The notes under the pieces: model-generated
What the model was told of the DNA's origin: nothing
Seen by the model: only the letters and a program-made list of their open reading frames with translations
The model's database searches: none
Shown here: positions 12,636 through 27,029 of the stretch, one piece after another
Layout of the letters: every line of letters begins with the position of its first letter
Numbering within the stretch: position 1 is the first letter of the stretch
Made by a program: the position numbers and the translations under genes
Source of the DNA: the human T2T-CHM13v2.0 reference genome, Homo sapiens
Direction: 5' to 3' (one strand)
Assembly: GCF_009914755.1 (NCBI RefSeq)
Contig: NC_060930.1
DNA length: 64,000 bases

Positions 12636-13439
12636 GGATGGTTACTGAAAATTAAGGCACAGGCAGGTAGAGAATGATGGAGGTCACAAACCTGTTTGGG
12701 CACCAACCACTGAGCCAACATTTTTTGGGCTGAAGTTGATGAGAAAGAAGATGGTTTATTATTCTAATGGCCTTTTTCATACTTTTTTCCTCATAGAAAG
12801 GTATGTGAAAGTGATCTCAAAATTCTGTTTGCACTTTCTTTTCATATTTTAAAACTATGCCTTAATACTAATTATACAATTTTGATTTATATTAATATAT
12901 GCAGTGCTTGATTATAGACATATATCAATCACAACTGCTTCTGCAACCTTAGATGTTACAAACATAACCTACTGCCTGGATTCTTGAAGTATGATCCCAA
13001 ATTTTTTTCCCTTAATCCCAAAATATTACACCATGGTAATTAATATCTAGACCTAGGAAGGGTCTGATTCAGCATCATAACTAAAACAATGTGGCCTTTG
13101 GCACCAAAAAGATCTGAATTTGAATTCAATTTTGCCCCTTTTATTATGTTGCTTGTAGCAAGCTACTTAAACTCTATATGACTCAATATGTAGTATTACT
13201 CATCTAGGGAATTTATCAATACTTATGTAAATACATGTTTGTATATATATATATCTGATTTCTTGGCCAGTTGTCCATATTTGTTAATGATTGGGCATGT
13301 TTTCTGTAATTATAGGACATTAGATGACCAAAATTCCAACTTAAAAGCTGGGCAATTTGATCTCCAAAATTTGACCTACTTTGGTAGATTTGCGGATAGA
13401 AATTATTAGGTAAATAGTTGGTTCTCCCTCTCTCTCTCT

Positions 13440-13722
<283 letters not shown>

Positions 13723-14066
13723 CAGTATTTGGTTCTTTATAAAATGTGCTATTATTATTATTAATCTCTTTCTCACTACATCCAAGACTATCAGCCATGA
13801 TTCTGTAATTGTTTTACTTAAGAAGTAACTTAAGTATATCATCTATTGGACACCAGAATACCAAACTTTCTCAAGAATATTTCTTGGGGGTTACATATAA
13901 TTGGAATCTGGGTTATAAAGTAATCTGTAAATACAGAAAAATATGCCCATTATTCCCCATATTGGTGACCTTGTCAATAAATTGGACTCCTGTATATATT
14001 ATTTAACTCTGATAAAACCCCTAGATGAGTAAAGTATAGTCTCACATCATCTTCTGCATAGGCAGA

Positions 14067-15222
14067 TGTGATTTTGTGAAATATTTATTTGGTCTTCATC
14101 CCCATCTCCTGGTATACAACTCTTAATTTCCTTGGAATTTCCAAAGTAATCAGTGTCCTTTTGTATGTTAATGAATTGACTGGTGGCTGGCAGTCCCTGG
14201 GTAGCTTCAGAATGAGGTATGGTCACAGGAAAGACCAAGGCTATGACTAAAGGGTTGGAACTTTCAACTCCACCTCACAACCTCCATGGAGGGAGACGGG
14301 CTGAAGGTTAAGTTGATGACCAATGGCCAATACTTAATCAATTTTGCCTATATAATGAAGCTTGCATAAAAACAGAAATGAACTGGGCTGTTTGTTTTGT
14401 TTTTGCTCTGTTGCTCTGTTGTCCAGGCAATCATGGCCTACTGCAACCTCAACCTCAACCTCAACCTGCTGGGCTCAAGTGATCCTCCTGCCTCAGCCTC
14501 CTAAGTAGCTGGGACTACAAGTACACACCACCACATCTGGCCAATTTTGTATTTATTTTTTTGTGGAGATGGGGGTCTCACTTTCTTGCCCAGGCTTGTC
14601 CCAAACTCCTAGGCTCGAACAATCCTTCTGCTTCAGCCTCCTAAAGTGCTGCATTACAGATGTGAACCACTGTGCCTGGCCTTGAATTGGACTTAGCTTC
14701 CAGATAGCTGAACACGTGGAGGCTCCTGGAGGGTGGCATGCCCAAGAATGCATGGAAGATTTGCTCCCCTTCTCCCATACCTTGCCTTATGCATCTCTGC
14801 ATCTGTGTCCTTGTAATATCCTTTATAATGACCCAGTAAACACAAGTGAGTGTTTCCCTGAGTGCTGTGAGCTACTCTAACAAAGTAATCAAACCCAAGG
14901 ATGAGGTCACGGGAACCTCAATTTGTGGTCAAAAGCAAAGGTAAAACAACCTGGGGCTTGTGATTGGTACTGGAATGGAGGGCAGTCTTATGGAACTGAG
15001 CCCTCAATCTGGACATAACACTAACTCAATGTTGACAGTGCCAGAATTGAACTGAATTAGAGTACACCCAATTGATGTCTGTTGCAGAATTGAGTGGTTG
15101 CTGGTGGGGAGAAATCCCCACACACTTCTTGGTGACCAGAGGTCACAGAAGTCTTCTGTATTGATTGCTGTGGTGTGATAACAGAGAAAAAACTTCTTCT
15201 TTTTTTTTTTTCTTTTCAGCAT
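14067..15222 (+). mobile_element. MER21-like LTR interrupted by a minus-strand AluJ-like element (~14390-14680)
   Basis: Similarity to remembered MER21 consensus; ends approximate. Confidence 0.65.
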
Positions 15223-15286
15223 ACTCTCTTAAATTGTATAATACGTAGCTTAAAGTTGTTGTCAGAAACAAAGACAGGTAAAGCCT

Positions 15287-15757
15287 TGTTATAAATAAAG
15301 TTTCGGTGCTGCAAAAGAAATAGTACTTGAATATAAAATTTTCTTTTTAGTTCTCAGAAAGGCAAGTTACTTCTATAGAAAGGTGTGCCCTTACAGATGG
15401 AGCAATGGTGAGCCACACTAGGACAAGGGAGGGGAAGGGGTTCTTATCCCTGTAGCAACGTGGCCCCTGCTGCTGTGTCATTCCCCTATTGGCTAGGGTT
15501 AGACTGCACAGGCTAAACTAATTCCAATTGGCTAATTTAAAGAGAATGACAGGGTGTTTTGGCGGGAAAAATTGTTATGACAGAACAGGTAATCGGAATG
15601 AGTCAGGGTTGAGTAGGTAATCGGAATGAGTCAGGATGGAGCAGGTAATCGAAAAAGGTTGCTTTACAAGGAAATTAAGTTTAAAAGTAGAAGGCAAAGA
15701 ATTGAACATGCTGACATACTGATTCTTTGAAAAGAAATTCAGAACTTATATCTAACA
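15287..15757 (-). mobile_element. Solo LTR10F-like (HERV-I family) LTR
   Basis: Minus strand starts TGTTAGATATAAGTTCTGAATTTC; perfect 4-bp TSD GCCT; 28-bp tandem unit containing TGACTCA. Confidence 0.85.
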
Positions 15758-16571
15758 GCCTGAAAACAAATCAGTTTTCACACCACTATCTGTAATTACA
15801 GTCAATAATTATAAACTAATCACTCAGATTTAAATTTAAATCAAAAATGACAAAAATGTTAAGAAATAGGTCATTCTCTGAGTTGAGTTTAAAATTTTTA
15901 ACCAGATCATCTGATCAATGTAAATATTATTGCCTTAAATGACTTTAGAATAGGTAAGGCACAAACATGCCAAAAACATTCTTAGAGGGCCTGCTAGTTG
16001 ACTTAGGCCTCAGGGTTCTTCCTCAGGAAGAGGGGCTTGATGTTCTATGCTCAGGCCTGAGATTACAAGGGTGTGGAAAGGGTAAAATGGGAGTAAGGGG
16101 AGATAGTATTTTCCTGACAGCTGGGCAATAACAAAGAAAAAAAAAGAAGAAGTAGAAATGAAAGAAAGAGATGATTTCTAGTGCAATGAAAGAGGAAAAA
16201 GAAGAGAGAAAGGAAGAATGTTAAAAAAAAAACGAGGTTGAGTGTGGTGGCTCATGCCTGTAATTTCAGTACTTTATGAGATTGAGGCAAGAGGATCACT
16301 CAAGCCCAAGAGTTTGAGACCAGCCCGTACAACATAATGAGACCTGATTAAAAAACCAAACAACAACAACAAAAAAACCCCAAAAAACAACTTTACAAAT
16401 TGGGCAGGCATGGTGGTGTCTGTAGTTCCAGCTACTTGGGAAGTTGTCTTGAGCCTGGGCCGGGGTGACAGAAGGAGACCCTGTCTCAAATAAATAAATA
16501 AATAGGATAAAAAGGAAAAAATGAGAAAAGACATTAAAAAAAATTCTATATTCACAGATAGCCATACCATA

Positions 16572-17681
16572 TGTTGGGGCTCAGAAACAAATACCCTAAA
16601 ATGAAGACTACAGCAGCAGCCTCAGAAACAATAGTTTTTCTCTGAAGTTCTCCAGGCCTCCTGTCTCTCAGTCCCATTTTCCTCTGAGATTGGGACTCCT
16701 CTGAGATTCTAGTGGAGTCCCAATCTCTCTTCCCCAAAGAAACAAGAACGCCTTTTCCCGAATGCCAGCCATAAAACCTAAAATTATTCCGTGTAAAAAC
16801 TGGCCATAATGAAATTATCTGTCCTACCTTGTTTGACTGTAGGTCATAAGACCTCCATTTCAGAAAGGGTCCTACCTCATACTCAGAAGAAAGGAACGCT
16901 ACATAGAGAAACCAAGAAAAATCTAGACGGACAGTCCTTGATGGGTGATACCGTTTGGACGTTTGTTCCCCAGGTCTCATGTTGAAATATAATCCCCAAT
17001 GTTGGAGATGAGGCCTGGTGAGAGGTGTTTGGGTCTTGGGGGCAGATCCGTCATGAATAGCTTGGTGCTATCCTATGATACTTGTGAGATCTGGTTGTTT
17101 AAAAGTGTGTGGTCCCTCCCCCCTCCTCTTGCTCTTGATCTCACCATATGATGTGTCTGCTCCCCTTTCACCTTCTGCCATGAGTAAAACTCCCCCAGGC
17201 CTCACAAGAAGCTGAGCAGATGCCGGTGCCATGATTGTGCAGCCTGCAGAACCACAAATCAATTAAACCTCCTTTATTGATAAATTACCCAGTCTCAGTT
17301 ATTTCTTTACAGTGATGCAAGAACAGACTAACACACTGGGTTTTCCCACTTAGTCTGTAAGCATTAGATCATGCCTTTTTTGTCCAATCATATTTCTTCA
17401 TGGCCGTCAATACTTTGTTAAACCTAAGCATGAAAATGGAAATTTCCCCTGTAGCTTGCCACCAGCAACATAATAAAAGGTGCGAACTTGAATTCAAATT
17501 CAGATCTTTTTAGTGTCAAAGGCCACATTCTTTTAGAATGTTGGGTCTTCATTCTGAGGGCTCCAGTGTATACATGTTCAACAAATTTGTATGCCTTTTA
17601 TCCTATTAATTAATCTGTTCCATGTCAGTGATTATTTTTTTAGCAGGCTTTTAGAGAGCCAAGGGCCTTGGCATCCACACA
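16572..17681 (+). mobile_element. MER39-like ERV1 solo LTR, copy 2, with a nested MST LTR and an inverted insert
   Basis: TGTTGGGGCTCAGAAAC start; 4-bp TSD CATA at 16568-16571 and 17682-17685; homologous to copy 1. Confidence 0.82.
16946..17335 (+). mobile_element. MST (MaLR, MSTB-like) solo LTR nested in MER39-like copy 2
   Basis: TGATACCGTTTGG...CTAACACA; TSD ATGGG/CTGGG. Confidence 0.85.
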
Positions 17682-17919
17682 CATATATGGTATCTTTAGG
17701 TTCATGAATATTCGCCACACATACATACACATATTCATCCTAAAATCACCCCAGAGTCTTTCAAATAAATGGGTGGGAGTATGTCTGGATCTTCACATTC
17801 GTTTTTGAATTTTACCATATTTTTTTTGCCACATTCTTCTTTAGTGTGAATATTAACTTAAATTAATTTATATATAAATATGCCCCATAATCTATATAGC
17901 TTCAACATTCAGTAGAATC

Positions 17920-18540
17920 TGTCAGATAAAAAATAAATCCAACATAGTAAGGAGAGGCTTTAACTCCAAAGGATTATTGGCAGGGAGGAAAAGGGACTAT
18001 TGCAACAGAGTAGGAGAGACTCTTGAAATATGGAAAATGCTAAGACCATAGGTCTATTACTGTCTTAAGGGTTTGGAGAGGTATAAACAAAGCCAGAAAG
18101 AACTGGCTTTGGAGAAGCGGCATAAGAGTGGCATGATTGGAGAGAAGATCAGAGAATATTTCACTATGGGGCAGTATATTCTCAGCAGAGGTTCTATGCT
18201 GGTTAGGCTGAGGGTGAGCCAAAGTTCAGCAGCCTAGGGGGAGGAAAGAAGCTTAACCAATTTGGTTAACATGCATTTTTGTTCAATTGATAAGTAAAAA
18301 CAAGTAGTTCAGCTAAGCATTTATGCAGTAAAGCATAGAAATTTGGAGGGTCTGTGCTTGGCCTTGTCATAGGTAAACAAGGGGGTATCTGTGAGTCTTG
18401 TCTAAGTCATGTAGGGAAGGGTGCTTTCTTGCAGTAAGCCATTTTCTGGAACACAAAAGGGTGTGTGTATGGTGGCAGAGGGAATCCCTTTAACCTTCAC
18501 CATTTTCTAAGAGCACAAGGCTCAGGTAAATTAAACAGTG
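17920..18540 (-). mobile_element. Unassigned old ERV1-type LTR
   Basis: LTR-like sequence; subfamily not identified and ends approximate. Confidence 0.45.
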
Positions 18541-18995
18541 TCAAATCTCCGCTATTTAGTATTTGGCGTGTTAATTGAAAAACTTGTTTAAAATGAGAAA
18601 AAGGATTTAGTGAACAAAGATCCACACATATGCATTTATTCAAAAACCTTGTATTATAAGACATCTTGGTGTGTTTTACCACAGGATAGACAGCTTGGCT
18701 TAATTCCAGGAGTTTAGTAAAATGCATGTCAGTAAAAAAAACAAAAAACTTTTGTGTGCAGGTTAAAAAAATGATAAGACCATTTTGCTTGATTTTGCTC
18801 ACTTCAGACACATGAATTTTCAATATCATTGTGTATAAACATATGATGATATCTGAAAGGAATATATTACCTTGGATTTTTGAAGATGTCTAATGGGCTT
18901 GAACAGAGTGACTGAACCTGCACATCATAATGCGAAATTTTACAATTCACTATGTGCATGAATGGTCAATACACTAAAAGGAATGCATTTTGTGA

Positions 18996-19328
<333 letters not shown>

Positions 19329-20669
19329 TAAGTTCTCATTCCTAGCTCACTAAAAAACTAGTGATTTTAAACAAACAAACAAACAAACAAAGTGTTTCTA
19401 GGAGACTAGTTTTGGATTGAACTAGATTCTTTGTAGGTCAAATCCTAGAGATCCTCCTATGTCTCCCATTTGTTTCTTCTTACACTATTTTGCTTTAGGA
19501 TATTTTGCCCTGAGATTTTAAATTTAGCCTTCATTAATTAAATAAATAATTCACTTATTCAAAGAATAGTGGAGAGGTGTGCATCAATGAATGTGTGTTT
19601 TGTTTTTCTCTGTTATAAGCTAAATCCTGACTGTTTGCTGGTGAAGTCAACAAACAGACAACCAGGATGTACTGGAGCATCATAACAGCTCACTGCTTAT
19701 GTGCTCTGGTGCCTACATACTTTTCCTCCCTCCTTGGCAGCATTTTATCTGTAAAAGAAGTATGTTTTATATGTTTTTATCATGGACATGCAGAACTCAC
19801 TTTGAACTGAAAAATCACTTTCTGCTTGAAATCAAGGATAAAATGAATTTCCTTAACACATAACACATTAAACATCCACAATTATTAAACCACCAGTTTA
19901 TGGAGCAATACTTTTTAGTCATTTTATGCCCCATTTTGTGTATATTCCACTGGAATTTTGGAAGAAAGATGGCTAGGAATTTGTCCCCAGCTCACTCCTT
20001 CAAGAAGAGTAAAAGACTCTTCCAAAGTAAAATAGAGCTAATTCCATAATGCAAGTCCAGGAAATAGAATTCTCCCAGAGTGATAGTTCACTACTCTTTA
20101 TTCCTCTGCCCCAAATGGCAACTCTCTTTCTTGCTCTTCCTCTCTCATTTTTTCTTTTAATGAACAATTCTGTTACATAGCCATTGAGTTGGGTAGAACT
20201 AGGTAGGTGTCCACACCTGGTGATGAGGGGATGTGATGTTTGAGATCACGACATGTTGGAGCCTGAGCAGTGTGAGGAGTGTGTGCATGTAAAAGGGCTG
20301 CTCCCTGGGGAGAATAAGAGCCAAGAGGCGTGAGAAGGGTGACCACAGGGAAGAGTGGTCTGGTGTGCATTGTCATAGCCTTGTGCAGGGTGAAGTGGCA
20401 TACACACAGGGGAAACCCTGGTTATGGAGCCTGATTGTGGGTGGTGTGGAAGCCATCTGCATGGAGAATGGGGCAACAGTAGCGATAAGAGATTGGCTAC
20501 ATACAGGAGCTTGATCAATTAAGTAATTATAGTAAGGATGATAGGAATCTGATTTGTTGCTGTTGGAGAAAGGAGCTCCAAATACAGAAAATGAGAAAAC
20601 CAGAATGAATCTTTGAGTGTTGGGTTAGAATTAGACATCTTGTGCAAAATTATAGGTTTTGTTTTTTGG

Positions 20670-20956
20670 TTTTTTTTTTTTTTTTTTTTGAGACAAAGTC
20701 TTGCTCTGTCATCTGGCCAGTTGTACAGTGGCATGAACATGGCTCACTGCAACCTCAAACTCTCAGAATCCAGAGATCCTCCCACTTCAGCCTCCTGAGC
20801 AGCTGGGACCACAGGCACACCCCACCATGCTTGGCTAATTCATTTATTTTTGTAGAGATGGGGTCTTGTCATGTTGCCCAGGCTGAGCTCAAGCAATCCT
20901 CCTGTCTTGGCCTCCCAAAGTATTAGGATTACAGGTGTGAGCCACCATACAGGGCA
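20670..20956 (-). mobile_element. AluJ-type SINE
   Basis: Reverse-complement Alu consensus. Confidence 0.88.
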
Positions 20957-21570
20957 ACAAACCTATGATTTTGGATAGAATCAGTTCTTTTATAACATGA
21001 CATGCTGATTACTTAAAATTGTTGTGCCATGCAGAATTATACAATAAAACCCACAGGGCTTATGATAAAATAATATTGGAGCACAAAACTCAAATACTTC
21101 ATTATTGACACACACACAAAAGATTGAAACTTAAAAATGATAGTACAGTTTACACATGTGAAATGGGTAAGAAGTACATAAATATTATACTAAATATGTC
21201 ATTTTACCTTGAAAAGGACCTGAAGTTTGATTGTGGAAGTGGGGAACAGAAGAATTGCAACTTATGCAATGGTGGAAGAGGTTTACTTTAAATCAGACAG
21301 AAAGCTGTGACATTAGATGAGATGGGTATAGCTCATAGCACATGAGATGAACTGAGGTAATGTAGAGATTTGTGCATGTGTGTATGTGCATATTTTGTGT
21401 CCAGGCTTGGTTCAGCTGGATGCAGTTTTCTGTTTTCATCTTGTGTTTCTTGTAAACAAAATAATGCATAAGCAAACACAAAATATATGCTATGCTTAAT
21501 TTGTTCCTTAATATGTCAATTGTACTGAAACAGATTCACATTTTCCAAACAAGCATTATAGCAGAACTCA

Positions 21571-22251
<681 letters not shown>

Positions 22252-23018
22252 TCATGAATCTATAGGGATATAAGTTAATAAATGAATGCATTGAAAGATT
22301 AAGGAGGAATGGGACATTGACATAGGGATGTGGAAGATTTCATATTGCTTTCACACAAAATAAAATGAATTATAAAGATAAAAACAAGAAACTTTAAAGC
22401 AGAGAAACACGCTCTCCATCAATGATTGAAGTGAATAATCATTAATAATGGAACAAGTTCAAAAAGAATTCCACCTGGTAGGATGCAATTCAGTATATAG
22501 GCTCACTTTTGTGATATTGCTCTTAAAGTTGTATAACCTAAATCTAATCATGGGGAAACATCAGCAAAACCCAGAGTGGGGACCTTCTATGAAATAACTG
22601 CCTACATTCTTCAAAAGTGTCAAGGTCATGAAAGTCAGAGAAACACCAAGGAACTGTTCCAGACTGAAGGACTAAAGAGGCAAGAAACTAGGTATAAAGT
22701 GGAATCCTGAACTAGATCATTTTGCTATAATGGAAATCATGAAAACATTTGGCAAAACTTGAATGGGATATCAGGATCCGATGGTTGTTATAGACTGAAT
22801 TGTGTGTCCCTCCCCATCCTCAAAATAACTCTGCAGAGTAGGTATTATCTCTTTTTATAACTGAATAAAGAGGCTCAGAGAGAAAGTATTTTGTCTAAAG
22901 ATACTTAAATAGTAAAAGATTAAGAAGGGATTAAATTCAAGGCCAAAAGAAGGGAGAATGACTTTGTTCAAAAGAAGATCTGATATAATTTATATATATA
23001 TATAAATTATATCATTAA

Positions 23019-23328
<310 letters not shown>

Positions 23329-24064
23329 TTGATGGAATTATACTTTCTATCAAATTAATTCTTGGAAGTGTCTGTCTGGTTAACAAAGCTAGGGTGCACT
23401 ATAACTGCTCTCATTTATGTTAGATGAAGCTGGAATACATACTATTCTGAGAGATTTTCAATGGACACACATCAAAATAAGGCCAATATAAAAGCCAAAA
23501 TTATTAGTTAGAAAAGACTAGATTTTATACTCCTAAAATAGAAGGGAACTTAGGTCTGGAGTTGGACAGGGATAGAGGTAGGTGGCCCAGGAAGTAAAGT
23601 GAAAAGTGGAGAGATCTGATAGTTCATGGGTTTGCTAACTCCTCCCATTTGCTAATCTCCCCAACTGACCTACTCCACGTTAGCACTCACACTCACACAC
23701 AAATAACTTCTACCTTCAAAAAGAGAAGAAGAAATTGATTGAGCAGACTTTCAATCTTTCATTTCATGAGCAGGGTGGTCTCCAGGGAAAAGAGTATCGG
23801 TTTTATTTTCAGTAGAATTCGTTCTTAATCCAGTCTCTGCTTAGCTGTATGCTTTCTTTATGTCATTTTGAATTTTTTTCTGGCAAGTTTTCCTTGAGTG
23901 GCTGAATTTGATTTAGGTTCTTGTCTCCTCCTATGTATACTACTCTGTGTTTGCTACCATAATAGAACCTGTCAGTATAGACACTTTAGTATGTCACTGA
24001 TCCACCAGCTATATTCTAGGGTATCTATATCTATATCTATATCTATATATATGTATATATATAT

Positions 24065-24563
24065 CTCATTTATTCAATAATAATTCATTGAGCACTGGCT
24101 AAGTTTGACTCTATAAATACAAAGTCATATAAGATAAAGCTCTTGATATATATCCTAGATATATATATCTAGGATATATATATATATATCTTGGAGATAT
24201 ATATATCTAGGAGATATATATATATATCTTGGAGATATATATATCTAGGAGATATATATATATATCTTGGAGATATATATATCTAGGAGATATATATATA
24301 TCTAGGATATATATATATCTAGGACATATATCTAGGATATATCTAGGATATATATATATATCTAGGATATATATATATATCTAGGATATATCTATATCTA
24401 GGATATATCTATATCTAGGATATATATATATATATCTAGGATATATCTATATCTAGGATATATATATATATCTAGGATATATCAAGAGCTTTATCTTATA
24501 TGACTTTGTATTTATAAAGTCAAACTTAGCCAGTGCTCAATGAATCATTATTGAATAAATGAG
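24065..24563. repeat. Long inverted repeat with an AT-rich (TA)n-CTAGG minisatellite core
   Basis: Arms ~24065-24150 and ~24478-24563 are reverse complements with 2 substitutions. Confidence 0.97.
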
Positions 24564-25974
24564 TAACCAGATAAATTTAAAAAAGGATACCTTTGCTTCT
24601 TTGAGGCTGATTGCCTTGGTTTGTTCAAGTCATTCAATTACTTATCAATTCATCCACTAAACAAGCTTCCCTAAAACATGTGCTCTATTGAAGATGTGAG
24701 GGTTACAAAGAAATAAATGAATTGTGTCTGCTCTTAAAAGAGCAGACTTTAAATGAAACATGTAACGTTATCGAGTTGTAAAATACATGGAGTGACATCT
24801 TTATAGCTTATTTAAGTGGGGAGATGGGCGCTTCAATGTGTCCCTCTTAACCTTGTCCACAATTAAAGTATAGGACCTCTCCTGAGCTGAGCATTAACCA
24901 GGACTGAAGGATGTGAAACCTTTAGATTCTGGGAAGACACCAATGACAACACCTACAGAGAACTTCCCTCCTGTATGTTGGAGGAAAGTCTGGAGGCAGT
25001 TGTAGAGTCATGGGCTAAGGATGTGGGTACAGCTGGTTTGCAGAGATTTGTGAATTCCCAGTGGATCGTGATGTAGCTTCTCAGTTGAGTGTTCCTGAAA
25101 TGACAGTGGGTCTTTCTGGTCCCCCATAGGTGGCAGGAGGGCTTAGCAGATACATTGAGCTACTTTTAGCCCTGATTCTAAGATAATGCAACGCTTTAGC
25201 AGGTGAAAAAACAAATGAACAAAGAGATTTCCTTTGGGTGCCAATCCAAGGAAGTTCTATTTTGGCATCTGGCAAAACTTTAATCCATTCAGCCAGAGAT
25301 TACTGTCCCTTCCTTCATTTTTAAGATTTTTGTCACCCAAGGTATCTCAGCAGCTGGAATTTAACCCTCAGTGAATAAACAAAAAGAAAAAGGACAATCC
25401 ACCTAATGCTTCCAGCACTCAAAGTGAAGAGAGTCAAGAAAACACACAAAGTAAGTGGCTTCTAACAAAATGCAGCTACTAGAAAAGTCCGCCCACAACT
25501 TTCCTCAGCAGAGTTCTCTTGTCTTGTGCAAGAAATGGGTTACGGACTATGGAAAAAAGGGTTGGGGAAGCCTGAAGATTTCAGCTTTCACCAAACTGTC
25601 TGAAATTGCAGTTAGTGATTATGAGTCAATCTTTCAGATTTAGATAACAACAAAGAATAACAAAGACTTCCTGGAATTGATCATGTAAGTACAACTCGAG
25701 ATTTCTAATCAAATCAACCAATTATCATAAATACAGTATTAGTTAACATCCTAGATGTTTGTGTGTGTGTGTATGTGAAGAGATAAAGTATGATGTTATT
25801 TAAGTTTTGCAGACAGATTTTGAACTTGAACAAAAATAGCACCCATCTCCAATAAACAAAATTATAAAAGTAAGGAAATTCAGGCATAGCACATGTACGT
25901 GTATGCACGTGTGAACACACACACACAGATTTGCTGGACCTACAAAAATGGACCATGATTTACAACAATGAAAC

Positions 25975-26222
25975 AAACAAAAATAAATTGAAGAAATAGA
26001 TGAATGGAACCAATGAAATAAAGATCGGGAAGATCTTGGATAAGAGACCGAGCAGACTTTCCATATGAATAACAAGAGTGCCAGAAAAAGAAAAAATTAA
26101 CAGTTGAAGAAGACAAAGTTACTAAATAGTAGAAAAAAATGTAACTGAACAGAAGACTCAAGTATTACAATTAAAATGCTTCACTAAATTCCAGGCAAGA
26201 TAGATAAAAAACATATTATTCT
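25975..26222 (+). mobile_element. Ancient L1/HAL1-type ORF1 remnant, apparently continuing at ~32880-32970
   Basis: Degenerate ORF1-like sequence (GVPEKE-like before the young L1, PRYIL...KASR-like after it). Confidence 0.5.
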
Positions 26223-26846
26223 ACTGTGAAAAGAAGACCACTATCTCAGAATTTGAAAAATAAGGCTTTATTACTTACAAGAACTGCCTTGCAGGAAGGC
26301 AGGAGAGAGTGTTTACAAGCCAGGGAGTGATGATGATCATGAGCCAGTTCCTTGGCACATCAAAATGATAGACTTACTTATATTCCTGAGTATACCCAAG
26401 ACCCTCCAAGATTTGCTTTATGATCAGCAGGGAGGGGAGGGGGTCTCATTACCCTGGTAATGAAAATGATTCTTTTTAAGGATCAGAAGGGAGAGAAGAG
26501 TGGACTTTATAAATGAGCACACTCCAGAACACCTATTTGAAAGAAGTTCTGACGTGTGTTTAAAAGAAGTCAACTAGGGGGCAGTTCCAAGATGGCCGAA
26601 TAGGAACAGCTCCAGTCTACAGCTCCCAGCACGAGCAATGCAGAAGACGGGTGATTTCTGCATTTCCAACTGAGGTACCGGGTTCATCTCACTGGGGCTT
26701 GTTCGACAGTGGGTGCAGGACACTGGGTGCAGTGCACCAAGTGTGAGCTGAAGCAGGGTGAGACATCGCCTCACCCGGGAAGTGCAAAGCGTCAGGGATT
26801 TCTGTTTCCTAGCCAAGCAAAGCTGTGTCAGACGGCACCTGGAAAA

Positions 26847-27029
26847 TCAGGTCACTCCCACCCTAATACTGTGCTTTTCCAATGGTCTTAGCAAATGGCA
26901 CACCAGGAGATTATATTGTGCACCTGGCTCAGAGGGTCCCATGCCCATGGAGCCTCGCTCATTGCTAGCACAGCAGTAGGAGATTGAACTGCAAGGAGGT
27001 AGGGAGGCTGGGGGAGGGGCACCCACCAT
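26847..27029 (-). other. L1 antisense ORF0 homologue, 60 codons (truncated)
   Basis: ATG at L1 position ~453; MVGAPPPASLPPCSSISYCCASNERGSMGMGPSEPGAQYNLLVCHLLRPLEKHSIRVGVT*, similar to primate ORF0. Confidence 0.7.

Noticed and set aside
18497-18829. 110-aa minus-strand ORF considered as CYP2AC1P exon 1 or 2
   Set aside because: No PPGP motif, membrane anchor or YGPVF/GYE-type exon 2 motif.
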